DNA of 56,572 nucleotides from Alphaproteobacteria bacterium (GTDB lineage Bacteria; Pseudomonadota; Alphaproteobacteria; Rickettsiales; UBA1997): NCBI GenBank assembly GCA_030835905.1, contig JAURQX010000055.1, positions 1 to 56,572 of the forward strand, read 5' to 3'. Shown piece by piece: positions 1 to 9,861 of this stretch (position 1 is its first letter; each line of letters starts with the position of its first letter). The notes under the pieces were generated by a model. It saw only the letters and a program-made list of their open reading frames with translations, ran no database searches and was not told where the DNA came from. The position numbers and the translations under genes were made by a program.

Positions 1-140
1 AGACCCCTGCAAATCAACGAATTTTAGTAATTTTGTTGTTATTTTAATTTTTTAAATTCACGTATATCTTGATACGCTAAAATTTAAAAAATATAAAATG
101 CCTAAAAATTCCTCAAAATTGGTTGATTTGCAGAGGTCTT
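1..140. repeat. Palindromic intergenic element, subfamily A, copy A1 (RPE/MITE-like); first base(s) cut by window start
   Basis: Terminal inverted repeat AGACCCCTGCAAATCAAC...GTTGATTTGCAGAGGTCT; central CGTAT-atcttg-ATACG hairpin; reverse complement of 15354-15494 with about 2 mismatches. Confidence 0.92.
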
Positions 141-174
141 TTCTATTAAAGGTTTTGAATTTTTGTTTTTTGTA

Positions 175-231
175 CGCGAAACAATTCGCGACGCACGGTC
201 GTGCTTGCCAACAAATCTTTCGATTTGTCGG
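175..231 (-). other. GC-rich triple hairpin (possible small structured RNA or short repeat)
   Basis: CGCGAA-acaa-TTCGCG, GCAC-ggtc-GTGC, and on the minus strand CCGACAAATC-GAAA-GATTTGTTGG (GNRA loop, one G-U pair), in an AT-rich context. Confidence 0.45.
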
Positions 232-269
232 ATGAAGTATAATGCTAAATCCTATTTTAAAGATTTTTA

Positions 270-1349
270 ATGAAAGAAAATAACTGTAAACATTTTGGCG
301 AGTGTGGTGGCTGTGTTTTTGATAAAATTGGTGATGAAGCCTATCAAAAAGCTAAGATCGATCTAGTTAAAAAGGATTTAGCAAAAACTTTTGACCAAAA
401 AACTATTGAGCAATCAGATTTTATTTGGATTAATAAATATTCGCGTCGTAAAGCGATATTTCATATTAATCATCAAAATAAATTAGGTTTTTTTGCCAAA
501 AAGTCCAAAAATATTGTTGAAATTTCACAGTGTCTAATTTGTGAAGTCGAAATTTTTGCCTTAAAAAACAAAATTGAAGAATTTTTATCCTCATTTCCAC
601 AAAAATTATTTATAAAAGCAACTATTACAAAATTTGACAATGGGTTGGATTTGGTTTTAAGCTTAGCTAAAGAGCTAAATTTTACTCAAAATCAAAAATT
701 GATCAATTTTGCTAAAACACAAAATATCAATCTTTCTTATCAAATAAATGATGGTGATTTTTTGCCGATTTTTATAGCTCGTGCCAATCAAATTTATATC
801 AACAACCACAAATTAGATCTAACTTCTGATATTTTTATTCAAGCAACTAAAAAAGGTTTGGAAGTGATCACCAACAAAATAAGGCAAGAACTTATTTTAA
901 GACAAATAAAAGATCTTAAAATCGCTGATATCTATGCTGGTTTTGGCGCTTATAACTTTGCTATTACTGATTTAGCTCAAAAAATCACTGCTTTTGAAGG
1001 AAGTCAAGAAATGATAAAAATCTTAAAACAAAATTTAGCTAAAAATAACTTAAATAATAAGATCCAAGCCATAAATCGCGATTTATTCAATCAACCAATT
1101 CTTTCTAAAGAATTAAATAATTTTGATTTTATTATCATTAATCCCCCACGCAATGGCGCCACTCCACAAATTAAAGAAATTGTTAAGAGTAAGGTAAAAA
1201 ATTTAATTTACATATCCTGCAATCCCAAAACTTTTACTTTTGACAGTAAAATTCTTCTTGAAAATGGTTTTAAGGCACAGGAATTAACTATTCTAGATCA
1301 ATTTATCGGCTCCAATCATAGCGAAATTCTTGTCAAGTTTTTTAGATAA
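270..1349 (+). CDS. RNA m5U methyltransferase, TrmA/RlmD family (no TRAM domain)
   Basis: CKHFGECGGC 4Fe-4S motif, DIYAGFG SAM-binding motif, NPPR, catalytic YISCNP, DQFxxxxHxE. Confidence 0.9.
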   Translation: MKENNCKHFGECGGCVFDKIGDEAYQKAKIDLVKKDLAKTFDQKTIEQSDFIWINKYSRRKAIFHINHQNKLGFFAKKSKNIVEISQCLICEVEIFALKNKIEEFLSSFPQKLFIKATITKFDNGLDLVLSLAKELNFTQNQKLINFAKTQNINLSYQINDGDFLPIFIARANQIYINNHKLDLTSDIFIQATKKGLEVITNKIRQELILRQIKDLKIADIYAGFGAYNFAITDLAQKITAFEGSQEMIKILKQNLAKNNLNNKIQAINRDLFNQPILSKELNNFDFIIINPPRNGATPQIKEIVKSKVKNLIYISCNPKTFTFDSKILLENGFKAQELTILDQFIGSNHSEILVKFFR

Positions 1350-1361
1350 AAAAAATTTATA

Positions 1362-1390
1362 TTGATAAAAAAGTATTTTTTTGATACAAT
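1362..1390 (+). promoter_or_regulatory. Putative sigma70 promoter for the 1423 gene
   Basis: TTGATA-17 bp-TACAAT; AT-rich background lowers specificity. Confidence 0.45.
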
Positions 1391-1422
1391 ATAAAAAAGT
1401 CAGAAATTTTGGCTTTTAATTA

Positions 1423-2162
1423 TTGAGAGACTCAGAAAATAGAAATGATGAATCTTTATTTCTTTTGATTAACCTTGAAGATTTTATTCAAGGACTTGAT
1501 AAAAGTCTAGGTAAAAAAACATTTGCAAAGTTTGAAACAGATAAAAATGTTGCAAGACTTGTAAAACAATGTCATGATCAAGTTATAAATCCAGAAAATA
1601 TTGATAAAATGAAACTAGTCAAATTTTTCTTTCTGACATATATGTTGCCATTAAGTATCAGCAATATCTTGAACAAAACAAAGATCAGTCACGACCTGAT
1701 TTAAAAAGCACTACGACAGATGAGTTTCTTGAAGCTCTAGTTTCACTAGAGGATCGTGCAGCAGAGCATGGGATTAGAATCAATGGTAATGCACAACCTA
1801 CTTTGAACAACATTTGCAATGAGATTCTTAGCAATTCTAACCTTATCAAAAATAATAATTGCAGCAATACTCTGGAGACCGCTACTAATAGTAATACTGT
1901 AGAGGCTACTCCTATTGGTAATAGTGATACCGTAGAGTCTGTTGCTCCTAACAATTCTTCAGCTGTTAACGAATCCTTGGAACCATCGCCAATTAGCCCA
2001 AAAAAAACAGGGAGTTTATTCGACAAATTTTCATCATATAAGGCATCACTCTATATTACTTCAGCAATATTAAAATGCATTCCTGGAACATCTTGCCAGA
2101 AGCCAGTTACCACTAAACTATCTCAAGAATCAAATCGAGACACCCAAATCAATGGTGGCTAG
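1423..2162 (+). pseudogene. Frameshifted orphan gene (ORFs 1423..1704 and 1803..2162 are one gene), paralog of 2385..3557
   Basis: The 1803 frame is open back to 1608; adding one A to the A4 run at 1606-1609 joins the frames and gives DIYVAIKYQQYLEQN, matching QRYAAIQYQKWLEKEN in the neighbour. Confidence 0.75.
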
Positions 2163-2213
2163 GTTTATATTCGATATTTGTGCTTTTAAATATTAAACCG
2201 CGTATAAATCTAT

Positions 2214-2242
2214 TTGACAAAGTAGCGTTATTTTGGTAATAT
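2214..2242 (+). promoter_or_regulatory. Putative sigma70 promoter with extended -10, upstream of 2385
   Basis: TTGACA-17 bp-TAATAT with TGn immediately upstream of the -10; perfect palindrome TAACAATTGTTA at 2278-2289 downstream. Confidence 0.6.
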
Positions 2243-2384
2243 AGAAGTTGTTAAAATTTTAGTGATATTATTTACACTAACAATTGTTAATAACACCCAA
2301 AGATTTGTTTTTTATTTTAACTTTTTTTAGTTTAAAACCCAATTATGTATAGATCAAAAGAGTTTTTTAATAAATTTATTTGGT

Positions 2385-3557
2385 ATGGCTGGAAATTATG
2401 AAGACCTTGAAAATACAATTTCTGTGGTTGATAAGGAGACTTTTGAAAATCTTTCACCTGAAAAACAACAAAATTTCGCTCAAGATTCACACACTAATAT
2501 TCTGGAAGGAAAGCAGGTTGATGACTACCAAAGATATGCGGCAATTCAATATCAAAAATGGCTAGAGAAAGAAAATGTTTTACAGCAGAATAATGGAGCG
2601 CCACCAACCTATGAAGAAGCGGTAAGTTCTAGTACGCAACAGCATTATCCCGTTTTCGATTTTACTGATAGCTCAAATAAGCGTCCTCTTGAACCAAATA
2701 TAGTTACAGGTGAAATAATATATCCAGATCATACTATTCAAGAATCTCCGCTTTCTCGAGTTTATAGTGATCCTACACCACTCTATCCCCAAACTCAGCA
2801 AAATCAAGATTTTTATGGGATTGGAGCATTTTTTGGATGTGCTATAGATTTATTACAAAATCAACTAAGTCCATTATTTTTACAACCACAAACAACTATT
2901 AGTGCCCAGCCAGTTCATCAAGAAAAGCAATCACCTCTTTTTACATATTTTGATAATCAAGGGGAGTTACAAAATATTCATATTGCAGACGAAGTAAGTC
3001 TTAATCAAGCAATAGATGTTTTGCAGAATAATTTGTATTCGAATGATGTTGATACTAATAATTTAAATTTAGGTTCAAAACAACAAGTAATAACCAGCCC
3101 AACTATTGATTATCCTTATAAAAATGTTAATGGTCGTGGTCAACTTGTAATGGATGATAATTTGGAAGGTAGTAAAGATGGATTGATTAGTTATTTAAAA
3201 GGATATGGCCAAGAAATAGGATGGCAAATTAATGAAGTAAAAAATAATGCTACGCCAGCTACAGATATTTCTACTCAAGATACAGTTGCTGCTACTCCAG
3301 CTACAGTTGCTGCTACGCCTGTCGATCTAGAATTGAAAGATAATACTACTACTCAAAATGATAATTCAGTTCGATCGAATAATTTGGACAATAATGGTGA
3401 CTTTTTAAATAAAATATCAACAGCCATTTCTGATGGGTTATCGAGTCTAGCATCACAAATCTCAAAAATGATTCCTTGCACTTCGTACTCAAAAGCCAGC
3501 GCGGTTAATTTAGTCGAGCAATCTCTTGGAAATAACGGGCCAGAAAGGGCAGCTTAA
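2385..3557 (+). CDS. Hypothetical acidic, Q/N/T-rich, probably disordered protein; candidate secreted effector
   Basis: 390-aa ORF with PPTYEEAV motif, TVAATP repeats and C-terminal IPCTS...L motif. Confidence 0.8.
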   Translation: MAGNYEDLENTISVVDKETFENLSPEKQQNFAQDSHTNILEGKQVDDYQRYAAIQYQKWLEKENVLQQNNGAPPTYEEAVSSSTQQHYPVFDFTDSSNKRPLEPNIVTGEIIYPDHTIQESPLSRVYSDPTPLYPQTQQNQDFYGIGAFFGCAIDLLQNQLSPLFLQPQTTISAQPVHQEKQSPLFTYFDNQGELQNIHIADEVSLNQAIDVLQNNLYSNDVDTNNLNLGSKQQVITSPTIDYPYKNVNGRGQLVMDDNLEGSKDGLISYLKGYGQEIGWQINEVKNNATPATDISTQDTVAATPATVAATPVDLELKDNTTTQNDNSVRSNNLDNNGDFLNKISTAISDGLSSLASQISKMIPCTSYSKASAVNLVEQSLGNNGPERAA

Positions 3558-3567
3558 TTATAAAAAA

Positions 3568-3972
3568 ATGACAAGTTGGCTAAAATTAGATTTAGAAGAT
3601 ATTAACTATAATAAAAAATTAGAGATTGAGAAAGAAATTGAATTTTTAACTAATCTTTATGGTTTACATAAAAATATCTTTAAAATCGATGGTTGCTACT
3701 TAAATGATAATCAAAAAGATGTATTTGATATATCTTTTGTCATTTCAAACAAACAAAATCAAAGTTATTTATTTCCAAATAGTAATATTTACTCAGATTT
3801 TCTTTTGCCATCTGAGCTAAAAATTAAGAAATCTGATTTTAACATTCCCCAAAGTAGATTTAGTCAATTTAGAAGAGAGTCCAGTATTACTCCAAGAAGC
3901 TCGGTTAATGCTATTTACTTTTCAAGTATAGTTATCTCTCCAAGACTACACTTCGATACAAGGCTTTGTTAG
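3568..3972 (+). CDS. Hypothetical protein with C-terminal PxSS...I motif
   Basis: ATG at 3568 follows the 3557 stop and is preferred over the overlapping 3526 start; no family recognised. Confidence 0.6.
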   Translation: MTSWLKLDLEDINYNKKLEIEKEIEFLTNLYGLHKNIFKIDGCYLNDNQKDVFDISFVISNKQNQSYLFPNSNIYSDFLLPSELKIKKSDFNIPQSRFSQFRRESSITPRSSVNAIYFSSIVISPRLHFDTRLC

Positions 3973-4201
3973 GAAAGTTTAATTAAAAACGAACTTTGCA
4001 ATTGATCATTTATTAAAATCGATTAATTTTTTTAATATTTGCTATCTTTTTTTTGTATGTTTGGGTTAAATTTTTAATCTTAATTAAACCAAATCTAATT
4101 TTTGAGATTAATAATATTAAAAAGATGAAGAATATAGGTTAAGTTCCTATAAATATATCTAAAGATTGAATTTATTAATATACTATTTCCATAAATCATT
4201 T

Positions 4202-5224
4202 ATGACCAAAAACAGTCAGTCTGCTTTGCAAAAAATTAAAAATCTTGAGGTTGCTTTTGGCAAAACCCCTTTGGTTGAAGTGAGTTTTAAGTTTGCTGGA
4301 CAGTTTCGAAAAATTTATGCCAAATATGAAGCTTTTAATTTTAGCGGTTCAATTAAAGATCGTATTGCTATTCATATCTTAAAAAAAGCTTACGAAAATA
4401 AAGAAATTAAAGAAGGAGATTTAATTGTTGAAGCCACTAGTGGCAATACTGGCATTGCTTTTGCCGCACTTGGTCGGGCTTTGGGACATAAGGTTAGAAT
4501 TTACATGCCTGATTGGTTAAGTTCTGAAAGATACGCTAAAATTGAGCTTTTAGGTGCTGAAGTTATTCGCATCACCAAAGAACAAGGTGGCTTTATTAGA
4601 TCAATTGAAGAAGCACGACAAATGGCCGCCAATAATGAAAATGTCTACTGCCCAGAGCAATTTACTAACATTGAAAATATCAACGCTCATGCCTTGACCA
4701 CGGCGCCAGAAATTTTTGCGCAATTAAAATCAATTGATCTTGATTTACATCATTTTGTAGCTGGTGTTGGCACTGGTGGTACGGTGATGGGCATGCTAAA
4801 ATATTGCACAGAAAATAATAAAAATGTTAGCTGCCATCCTTTGGAGCCATCAAACTCACCTACCCTAACCACTGGTGGCAAGAAAATTGGTAAACATCGC
4901 ATTCAAGGCATTTCTGACGAATTTATTCCTGATATTGTTGATCTTAATAAATTAGATCCAATTATCAGCGTTGATGATGGTGATGCTATTATTATGGCGC
5001 AAAAATTAAATAAATGTGGGCTTTCAGTAGGTATTTCAAGTGGCGCCAATTTTATTGGTGCTTTAAAAGCCATTAAAGATCGCTCTGAAAATGAGGTTGC
5101 AACCACAATTTTTTGTGATTCGGCGCTTAAATATTTCTCAACCGATCTTTGCCGTAAAGAACCTGTTAAGCTAGATTTTTTAAGCACTGATGTTGAGATT
5201 TTGGGTTACAGATTTATAGAATAA
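4202..5224 (+). CDS. cysK: PLP-dependent cysteine synthase family protein
   Basis: SGSIKDR PLP lysine, EATSGNTG, GVGTGGT, HRIQGI, GISSGAN; ATG at 4202 preferred. Confidence 0.85.
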   Translation: MTKNSQSALQKIKNLEVAFGKTPLVEVSFKFAGQFRKIYAKYEAFNFSGSIKDRIAIHILKKAYENKEIKEGDLIVEATSGNTGIAFAALGRALGHKVRIYMPDWLSSERYAKIELLGAEVIRITKEQGGFIRSIEEARQMAANNENVYCPEQFTNIENINAHALTTAPEIFAQLKSIDLDLHHFVAGVGTGGTVMGMLKYCTENNKNVSCHPLEPSNSPTLTTGGKKIGKHRIQGISDEFIPDIVDLNKLDPIISVDDGDAIIMAQKLNKCGLSVGISSGANFIGALKAIKDRSENEVATTIFCDSALKYFSTDLCRKEPVKLDFLSTDVEILGYRFIE

Positions 5225-5236
5225 ATTATAGATTTT

Positions 5237-5500
5237 TTAAGTCCTTTCAAGCTTGAAATTGCTTGGTATTCCTTCAGGTAACGCTGATCTTAGTTTTGGA
5301 GTTTTAGGGCTTGCACTTGGTAAAAGACCATCTTTCTTTGATGATTGCACCATATCTGAATTATTTTTTGGAATAGCCTTACCTGATTTGTCAGCCACAA
5401 AGCTTTTATCCTGATTAAACTTTGCAACGGCTTGTTTGAATGCAGTTATTTTACAGTAATTATAATGTTCAGGAATAGTTGGTAAATTACTCTTATTCAT
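5237..5500 (-). CDS. Small hypothetical protein with C-terminal PSAS...L motif
   Basis: 87-aa ATG-started ORF filling the gap between cysK and pepF. Confidence 0.6.
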   Translation of the reverse strand: MNKSNLPTIPEHYNYCKITAFKQAVAKFNQDKSFVADKSGKAIPKNNSDMVQSSKKDGLLPSASPKTPKLRSALPEGIPSNFKLERT

Positions 5501-5663
5501 AAATCTTAAACTTCTTTAGTTCAAAAAATTAAATTGAAAAACCAAGCTAATAAAAAATAAGCATTTTGTTAAGTTAATTTTGACTTTTTAAATGATTAGC
5601 TACTAGGTTTGTTTATTTTAGAGACAATTTATTAGAAATTTAACTATAGTTTTAACAATTTTT

Positions 5664-7448
5664 ATGAAAAACATCGCTCAAAAGTCAAACAACCACTCTA
5701 AAAATATACCACAGTGGAATTTAACTGATTTTTATCGAAATATTGAAGATAAAAAAATTAGTGAAGATTTGGCTAAAATTAGCCAAGAAAGCAAGGATTT
5801 CTCAAAAAAATATAGTAAAAAAGTTATAACTCTTTCAGCTCAAGAATTATTTTTAGCGATTAAACAATATGAGGAAATTTCTGAACAAATTGGTAAAATT
5901 GCCAGCTATTCTTATTTAATTTACGCTTCAGATACTTCAAATGCTAAAAATTTAGCTTTTTTTCAAAATAATAGTGAGAAATTAAGTGAATTTGAGTCAA
6001 AATTGCTATTTTTTACTTTAGAAATTAATAAAATTGACGAAGAACAACTAAATTCTCTGCTAAAAGATAAAAATTTAGCGCATTTTCAGCCATTTATTCG
6101 TGATATTCGTGCCTTTAGAAAATATCAATTATCGGAAGAGTTAGAAAAGTTTAATCTTGAAAAATCAATCACTGGTAGAAATGCTTTTATTCGCTTATTT
6201 GACGAAACTTCAAATAATTTAAAATTCGATTATCGCAGGCAAACTCTTTCTTGCCAAGAAATATTTGATTTAATGTCAAATAATGATGAAACAGTTAGAA
6301 AAGATGCGAGCAAGGCTATTGGCAAAACATTGGGCGAAAACTCAAAATTATTTGCTTATATCACTAATATTTTAGCCAAAGATAAAGCAATTAATGATAG
6401 TTGGCGAGGCTTTAAATCACCAATTTCATCAAGAAATTTAGATAATTTTATTGAAGATGAAATTGTTGAACTTTTGGTTAAGAAAGTTAAAGAAAATTAC
6501 CAAAAAATTTCGCATCGTTATTACCAAAAAAAGGCTCAAATTTTAGGCAAAACTTACCTTAATTATTGGGATCGCAACGCGCCACTTTCAACTGCTGAAA
6601 ATGCCAAAATATCTTGGGAAGATGCTAAAAGTCTGGTTTTATCAGCTTACAGCGAGTTTTCAACCACAATGGCTGAAATTGGTGAAAAGTTTTTTGAAAA
6701 TAATTGGATCGACGCCAAAGTAGTTAAAGGCAAAGATAGTGGTGCTTTTTCACATCCTTGCGTGCCGTCGGTTCATCCATATATTTTAATGAATTACCAA
6801 GGCAAGGTTAGAGATGTGATGACTTTAGCTCATGAATTGGGTCACGGCGTTCATCAGTATTTATCGGCTTCACAAGGTTACTTGATGGCTTCAACACCAC
6901 TTACCTTATCAGAAACTGCTTCAGTTTTTGGCGAGCAATTAACCTTTCAAAAAATCCTTAAAAATGAAAAAGATCAAGACAAGAAAAAACTAATCATTGC
7001 TAATAAGGTTGAGGACATGATCAACACAGTGGTGCGTCAAATCGCCTTTTTAGAATTTGAAAGAAAAATTCATGATGAGCGCAAAAAAGGTGAAATCCCG
7101 CTAGAAAAAATCTGTGATTTTTGGATGGAAGTTCAACAAGAAAGCCTAGGAGATATTTTTAAATATGATGAAGAATATAAATATTTTTGGTCATATATTC
7201 CGCATTTTATCCACTCGCCTTTTTATGTTTATTCATATGCTTTTGGCGATTGCTTGGTAAATTCACTTTACGGCATTTATAAATCTGGTAAAATAACCAA
7301 TTTTGAAGAAAAATATCTAGCAATGCTTAAATTAGGAGGTACCAAACATCACAAAGAAATGCTAGAACCTTTTGACTTATCAATTAAAGATGAAAATTTT
7401 TGGCAAAGCGGATTGGACGTGATAAGCAATTATATTGATCAAATTTAG
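5664..7448 (+). CDS. pepF: M3 family oligoendopeptidase F
   Basis: N-terminal PQWNL, GKxSGAF, HELGH zinc motif, ETAS, HFxxxPFYVYSY. Confidence 0.92.
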   Translation: MKNIAQKSNNHSKNIPQWNLTDFYRNIEDKKISEDLAKISQESKDFSKKYSKKVITLSAQELFLAIKQYEEISEQIGKIASYSYLIYASDTSNAKNLAFFQNNSEKLSEFESKLLFFTLEINKIDEEQLNSLLKDKNLAHFQPFIRDIRAFRKYQLSEELEKFNLEKSITGRNAFIRLFDETSNNLKFDYRRQTLSCQEIFDLMSNNDETVRKDASKAIGKTLGENSKLFAYITNILAKDKAINDSWRGFKSPISSRNLDNFIEDEIVELLVKKVKENYQKISHRYYQKKAQILGKTYLNYWDRNAPLSTAENAKISWEDAKSLVLSAYSEFSTTMAEIGEKFFENNWIDAKVVKGKDSGAFSHPCVPSVHPYILMNYQGKVRDVMTLAHELGHGVHQYLSASQGYLMASTPLTLSETASVFGEQLTFQKILKNEKDQDKKKLIIANKVEDMINTVVRQIAFLEFERKIHDERKKGEIPLEKICDFWMEVQQESLGDIFKYDEEYKYFWSYIPHFIHSPFYVYSYAFGDCLVNSLYGIYKSGKITNFEEKYLAMLKLGGTKHHKEMLEPFDLSIKDENFWQSGLDVISNYIDQI

Positions 7449-7459
7449 TTGAACAAATT

Positions 7460-8878
7460 TTATTTAACAAAAGTAAAATTAGTTTTACCACCAGCAACAT
7501 CTTCAAGCAAGATTCCCTTTTTTAGTAAATCTTGTCGGATTTGATCGGCTAGTTGGTAATCCTTGTTTTTTTTGGCTTCAAGACGAAGATTAATTTGTTG
7601 TTCAATATAATTTTGATCAATTTGATTTACTGGATTTGCTTGTTTTTTCAATAAATCTTTGTCAAACAAGCCTAAAAATGACAAGATCAGAGCTAATTGA
7701 CGTTTAACATTCGCATCTTTTTTAGATATTTTACTAACTTCATGCAGCAAGGCAATTACTTTAGCAACGTTGCAATCATCAGCTAAAAATTTTATAGCCT
7801 GCTTTAAATAATAATCTTCATCATTGCTAAAATCTAGATTTTTAAAAACCTGCTCAACTTCATCATAATTTAAAAATAAATCATCACTTAAATTTTCATA
7901 AAATTTGGCAATTGATTTTTTGGCGTCTTCAAGCGCTTTATCATTAAAATCTAGTGGTTTTCGATAATGAGTTGTTAAAAATAATAAACGAATTACTGAG
8001 CCAGAAATTCCTTGATCTAGTAAATCACGAACTGTAATGAAATTTTTAAGCGACTTACTCATCTTTTCGCCATTTACTGTCAAAAAACCATTATGAATCC
8101 AGTAATTGGCAAATTTATGAGAGTTGTTAGCGCAGATGCTTTGAGCTATTTCATTTTCATGGTGCGGAAATTGTAAATCAGCACCGCCACCATGAATATC
8201 AAAGTTCTCGCCTAAATATTTTGAGCTCATTGCTGAACACTCAATATGCCATCCTGGACGACCCATACCCCAAGGACTAGCGAATTTTGAAGATTGATCA
8301 TCTTGATCGTCAGCTGGTTTCCACAATACAAAATCAAGTGGATTTTTTTTGTAATTTGCCACTTCAATTCTAGCGCCAGCAATCATTTCTTCTAAATTGC
8401 GATTAGATAAACAGCCGTAATCTTTAAATGAACTAACATCAAATAAAACATGACCAGAATTTTCATAAGCATGACCTTTTTTGATTAAATTTTCGATCAT
8501 TTTGATCATTTCATCAATATTTTCAGTGGCTTTTGGCTCGAAATCTGGCCTTAAAACATTAAGCGCATCAGTATCTTGATGAAAAAATTCGGTAATTTTA
8601 GCGGTTAGTTGCGTGATTGAAATACCCTGCTCTTTAGCTGAATTATTAATTTTATCATCAACATCAGTAATATTTCTAACGTAAGTTAATTTATCAAAAA
8701 AAACTCTAAAAATACGATAGAATAAGTCATAAACTACTACTGAGCGAGCATTTCCAAGGTGTGGACGATCATAAACTGTAAGCCCACAAACATAAAATTT
8801 GAGATGATTTGGATCAATCGCTACTAAATTTTGTTTTTTTTGTGATAAGCTATCAAAAAATTGAATTGATGGGCGCAT
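7460..8878 (-). CDS. cysS: Cysteine-tRNA ligase
   Basis: [37 protein letters not shown]. Confidence 0.97.
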   Translation of the reverse strand: MRPSIQFFDSLSQKKQNLVAIDPNHLKFYVCGLTVYDRPHLGNARSVVVYDLFYRIFRVFFDKLTYVRNITDVDDKINNSAKEQGISITQLTAKITEFFHQDTDALNVLRPDFEPKATENIDEMIKMIENLIKKGHAYENSGHVLFDVSSFKDYGCLSNRNLEEMIAGARIEVANYKKNPLDFVLWKPADDQDDQSSKFASPWGMGRPGWHIECSAMSSKYLGENFDIHGGGADLQFPHHENEIAQSICANNSHKFANYWIHNGFLTVNGEKMSKSLKNFITVRDLLDQGISGSVIRLLFLTTHYRKPLDFNDKALEDAKKSIAKFYENLSDDLFLNYDEVEQVFKNLDFSNDEDYYLKQAIKFLADDCNVAKVIALLHEVSKISKKDANVKRQLALILSFLGLFDKDLLKKQANPVNQIDQNYIEQQINLRLEAKKNKDYQLADQIRQDLLKKGILLEDVAGGKTNFTFVK

Positions 8879-9490
8879 TTATTTTAAATAGAGGTTTTCA
8901 ATTATTTTTTTTCGCAAATATTTGCGACTTTTTATGCCACTAAAACTTACCACAAGTTGTCCATTACTGTCAATCAATGCCAAGTAAGGAATACGACCTC
9001 TATAATTAATGTTATTTCTATGCACAAATTCACCAAAACCGTCGCGCGATTTTAAATAAATTGGCTTAAAATACAAATTGTCATACTGTTGTAAATGTTT
9101 TTGTAAAGAATCTGGATCTAAATCCTTATCTATAGCCAATGCAAGAAAATTTAATTTTGTATTTTGAAACTCACGAGCAATTTCATTGATAATCTCAAAA
9201 TTCTTGCGACAAGCATCGCACCAAGTTGCATAAAAATAAATTAAACTTAACTTATTTTTTTGCGGATAAAACTCTTTATATAAATCAACCGGCTCAAATC
9301 CTTGCGGAATCTGACTATTAAAAGTTATATTATTTGAAGGCTTAATTTCAATGTCGTATTTGGCAACTCTTTCAACAAAAAAATACCATATTATCATTGC
9401 CAAAACAATAGCAATGGCCAAAATTATAAAAAACATTTTGCTTTTATATTGATTTTCTTGGATTTTCTTAACAATAACTGACCAACTCAC
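8879..9490 (-). CDS. Membrane-anchored thioredoxin-like (TlpA family) protein
   Basis: N-terminal TM helix, FYATWCDAC CxxC motif, cis-Pro IPY. Confidence 0.8.
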   Translation of the reverse strand: MSWSVIVKKIQENQYKSKMFFIILAIAIVLAMIIWYFFVERVAKYDIEIKPSNNITFNSQIPQGFEPVDLYKEFYPQKNKLSLIYFYATWCDACRKNFEIINEIAREFQNTKLNFLALAIDKDLDPDSLQKHLQQYDNLYFKPIYLKSRDGFGEFVHRNNINYRGRIPYLALIDSNGQLVVSFSGIKSRKYLRKKIIENLYLK

Positions 9491-9507
9491 AATTTTATAA
9501 AACTTCG

Positions 9508-9861
9508 ATGATAATAAAAATTAAAAACTTAAGAGTACAAACAATAATTGGCGTTTATGATTTTGAGCAAACTATTAATCGTGATTTGATTATCAATGCA
9601 ATTATTGAAACTAACAATCACCAATCATTAGAAAGTGATGAATTAGCTGATACAATTGATTATGATCATATTGTACAAAATATCAAATCAATTATAAAAA
9701 ATAATAAATTTAAACTTATCGAAAAGCTGGCCAACGAAATCATGAAATCACTTAGTAAAGACCAAAGAATTGTAAATTGCACTTTAGAAATTGATAAAGT
9801 TGGAGCGGTTGCAGATGTTGATTCATTATCAATTACTTTAAAATATCAAAAAAATGGATAA
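9508..9861 (+). CDS. folB: Dihydroneopterin aldolase
   Basis: IIGVYDFE, DTIDY, LIEKLA, terminal K motif. Confidence 0.88.
   Translation: MIIKIKNLRVQTIIGVYDFEQTINRDLIINAIIETNNHQSLESDELADTIDYDHIVQNIKSIIKNNKFKLIEKLANEIMKSLSKDQRIVNCTLEIDKVGAVADVDSLSITLKYQKNG

Noticed and set aside
1685-2026. Antisense and alternate-frame short ORFs here and throughout the track (e.g. 2380, 4903, 11027, 18145, 27690, 50024, 55109)
   Set aside because: Shadows of better-supported genes with no recognisable motifs
4107-4179. Weak palindrome (ATTAATAA..ATAGG-7 nt-CCTAT..TTATTAAT) upstream of cysK as another element copy
   Set aside because: Too short and AT-rich to distinguish from chance by eye
5640-5656. Possible CtrA boxes (TTAA..TTAAC) here and near 48041 and 52718
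   Set aside because: Spacing is 6 or 8 rather than the consensus 7, and TTAA is ubiquitous in this AT-rich DNA
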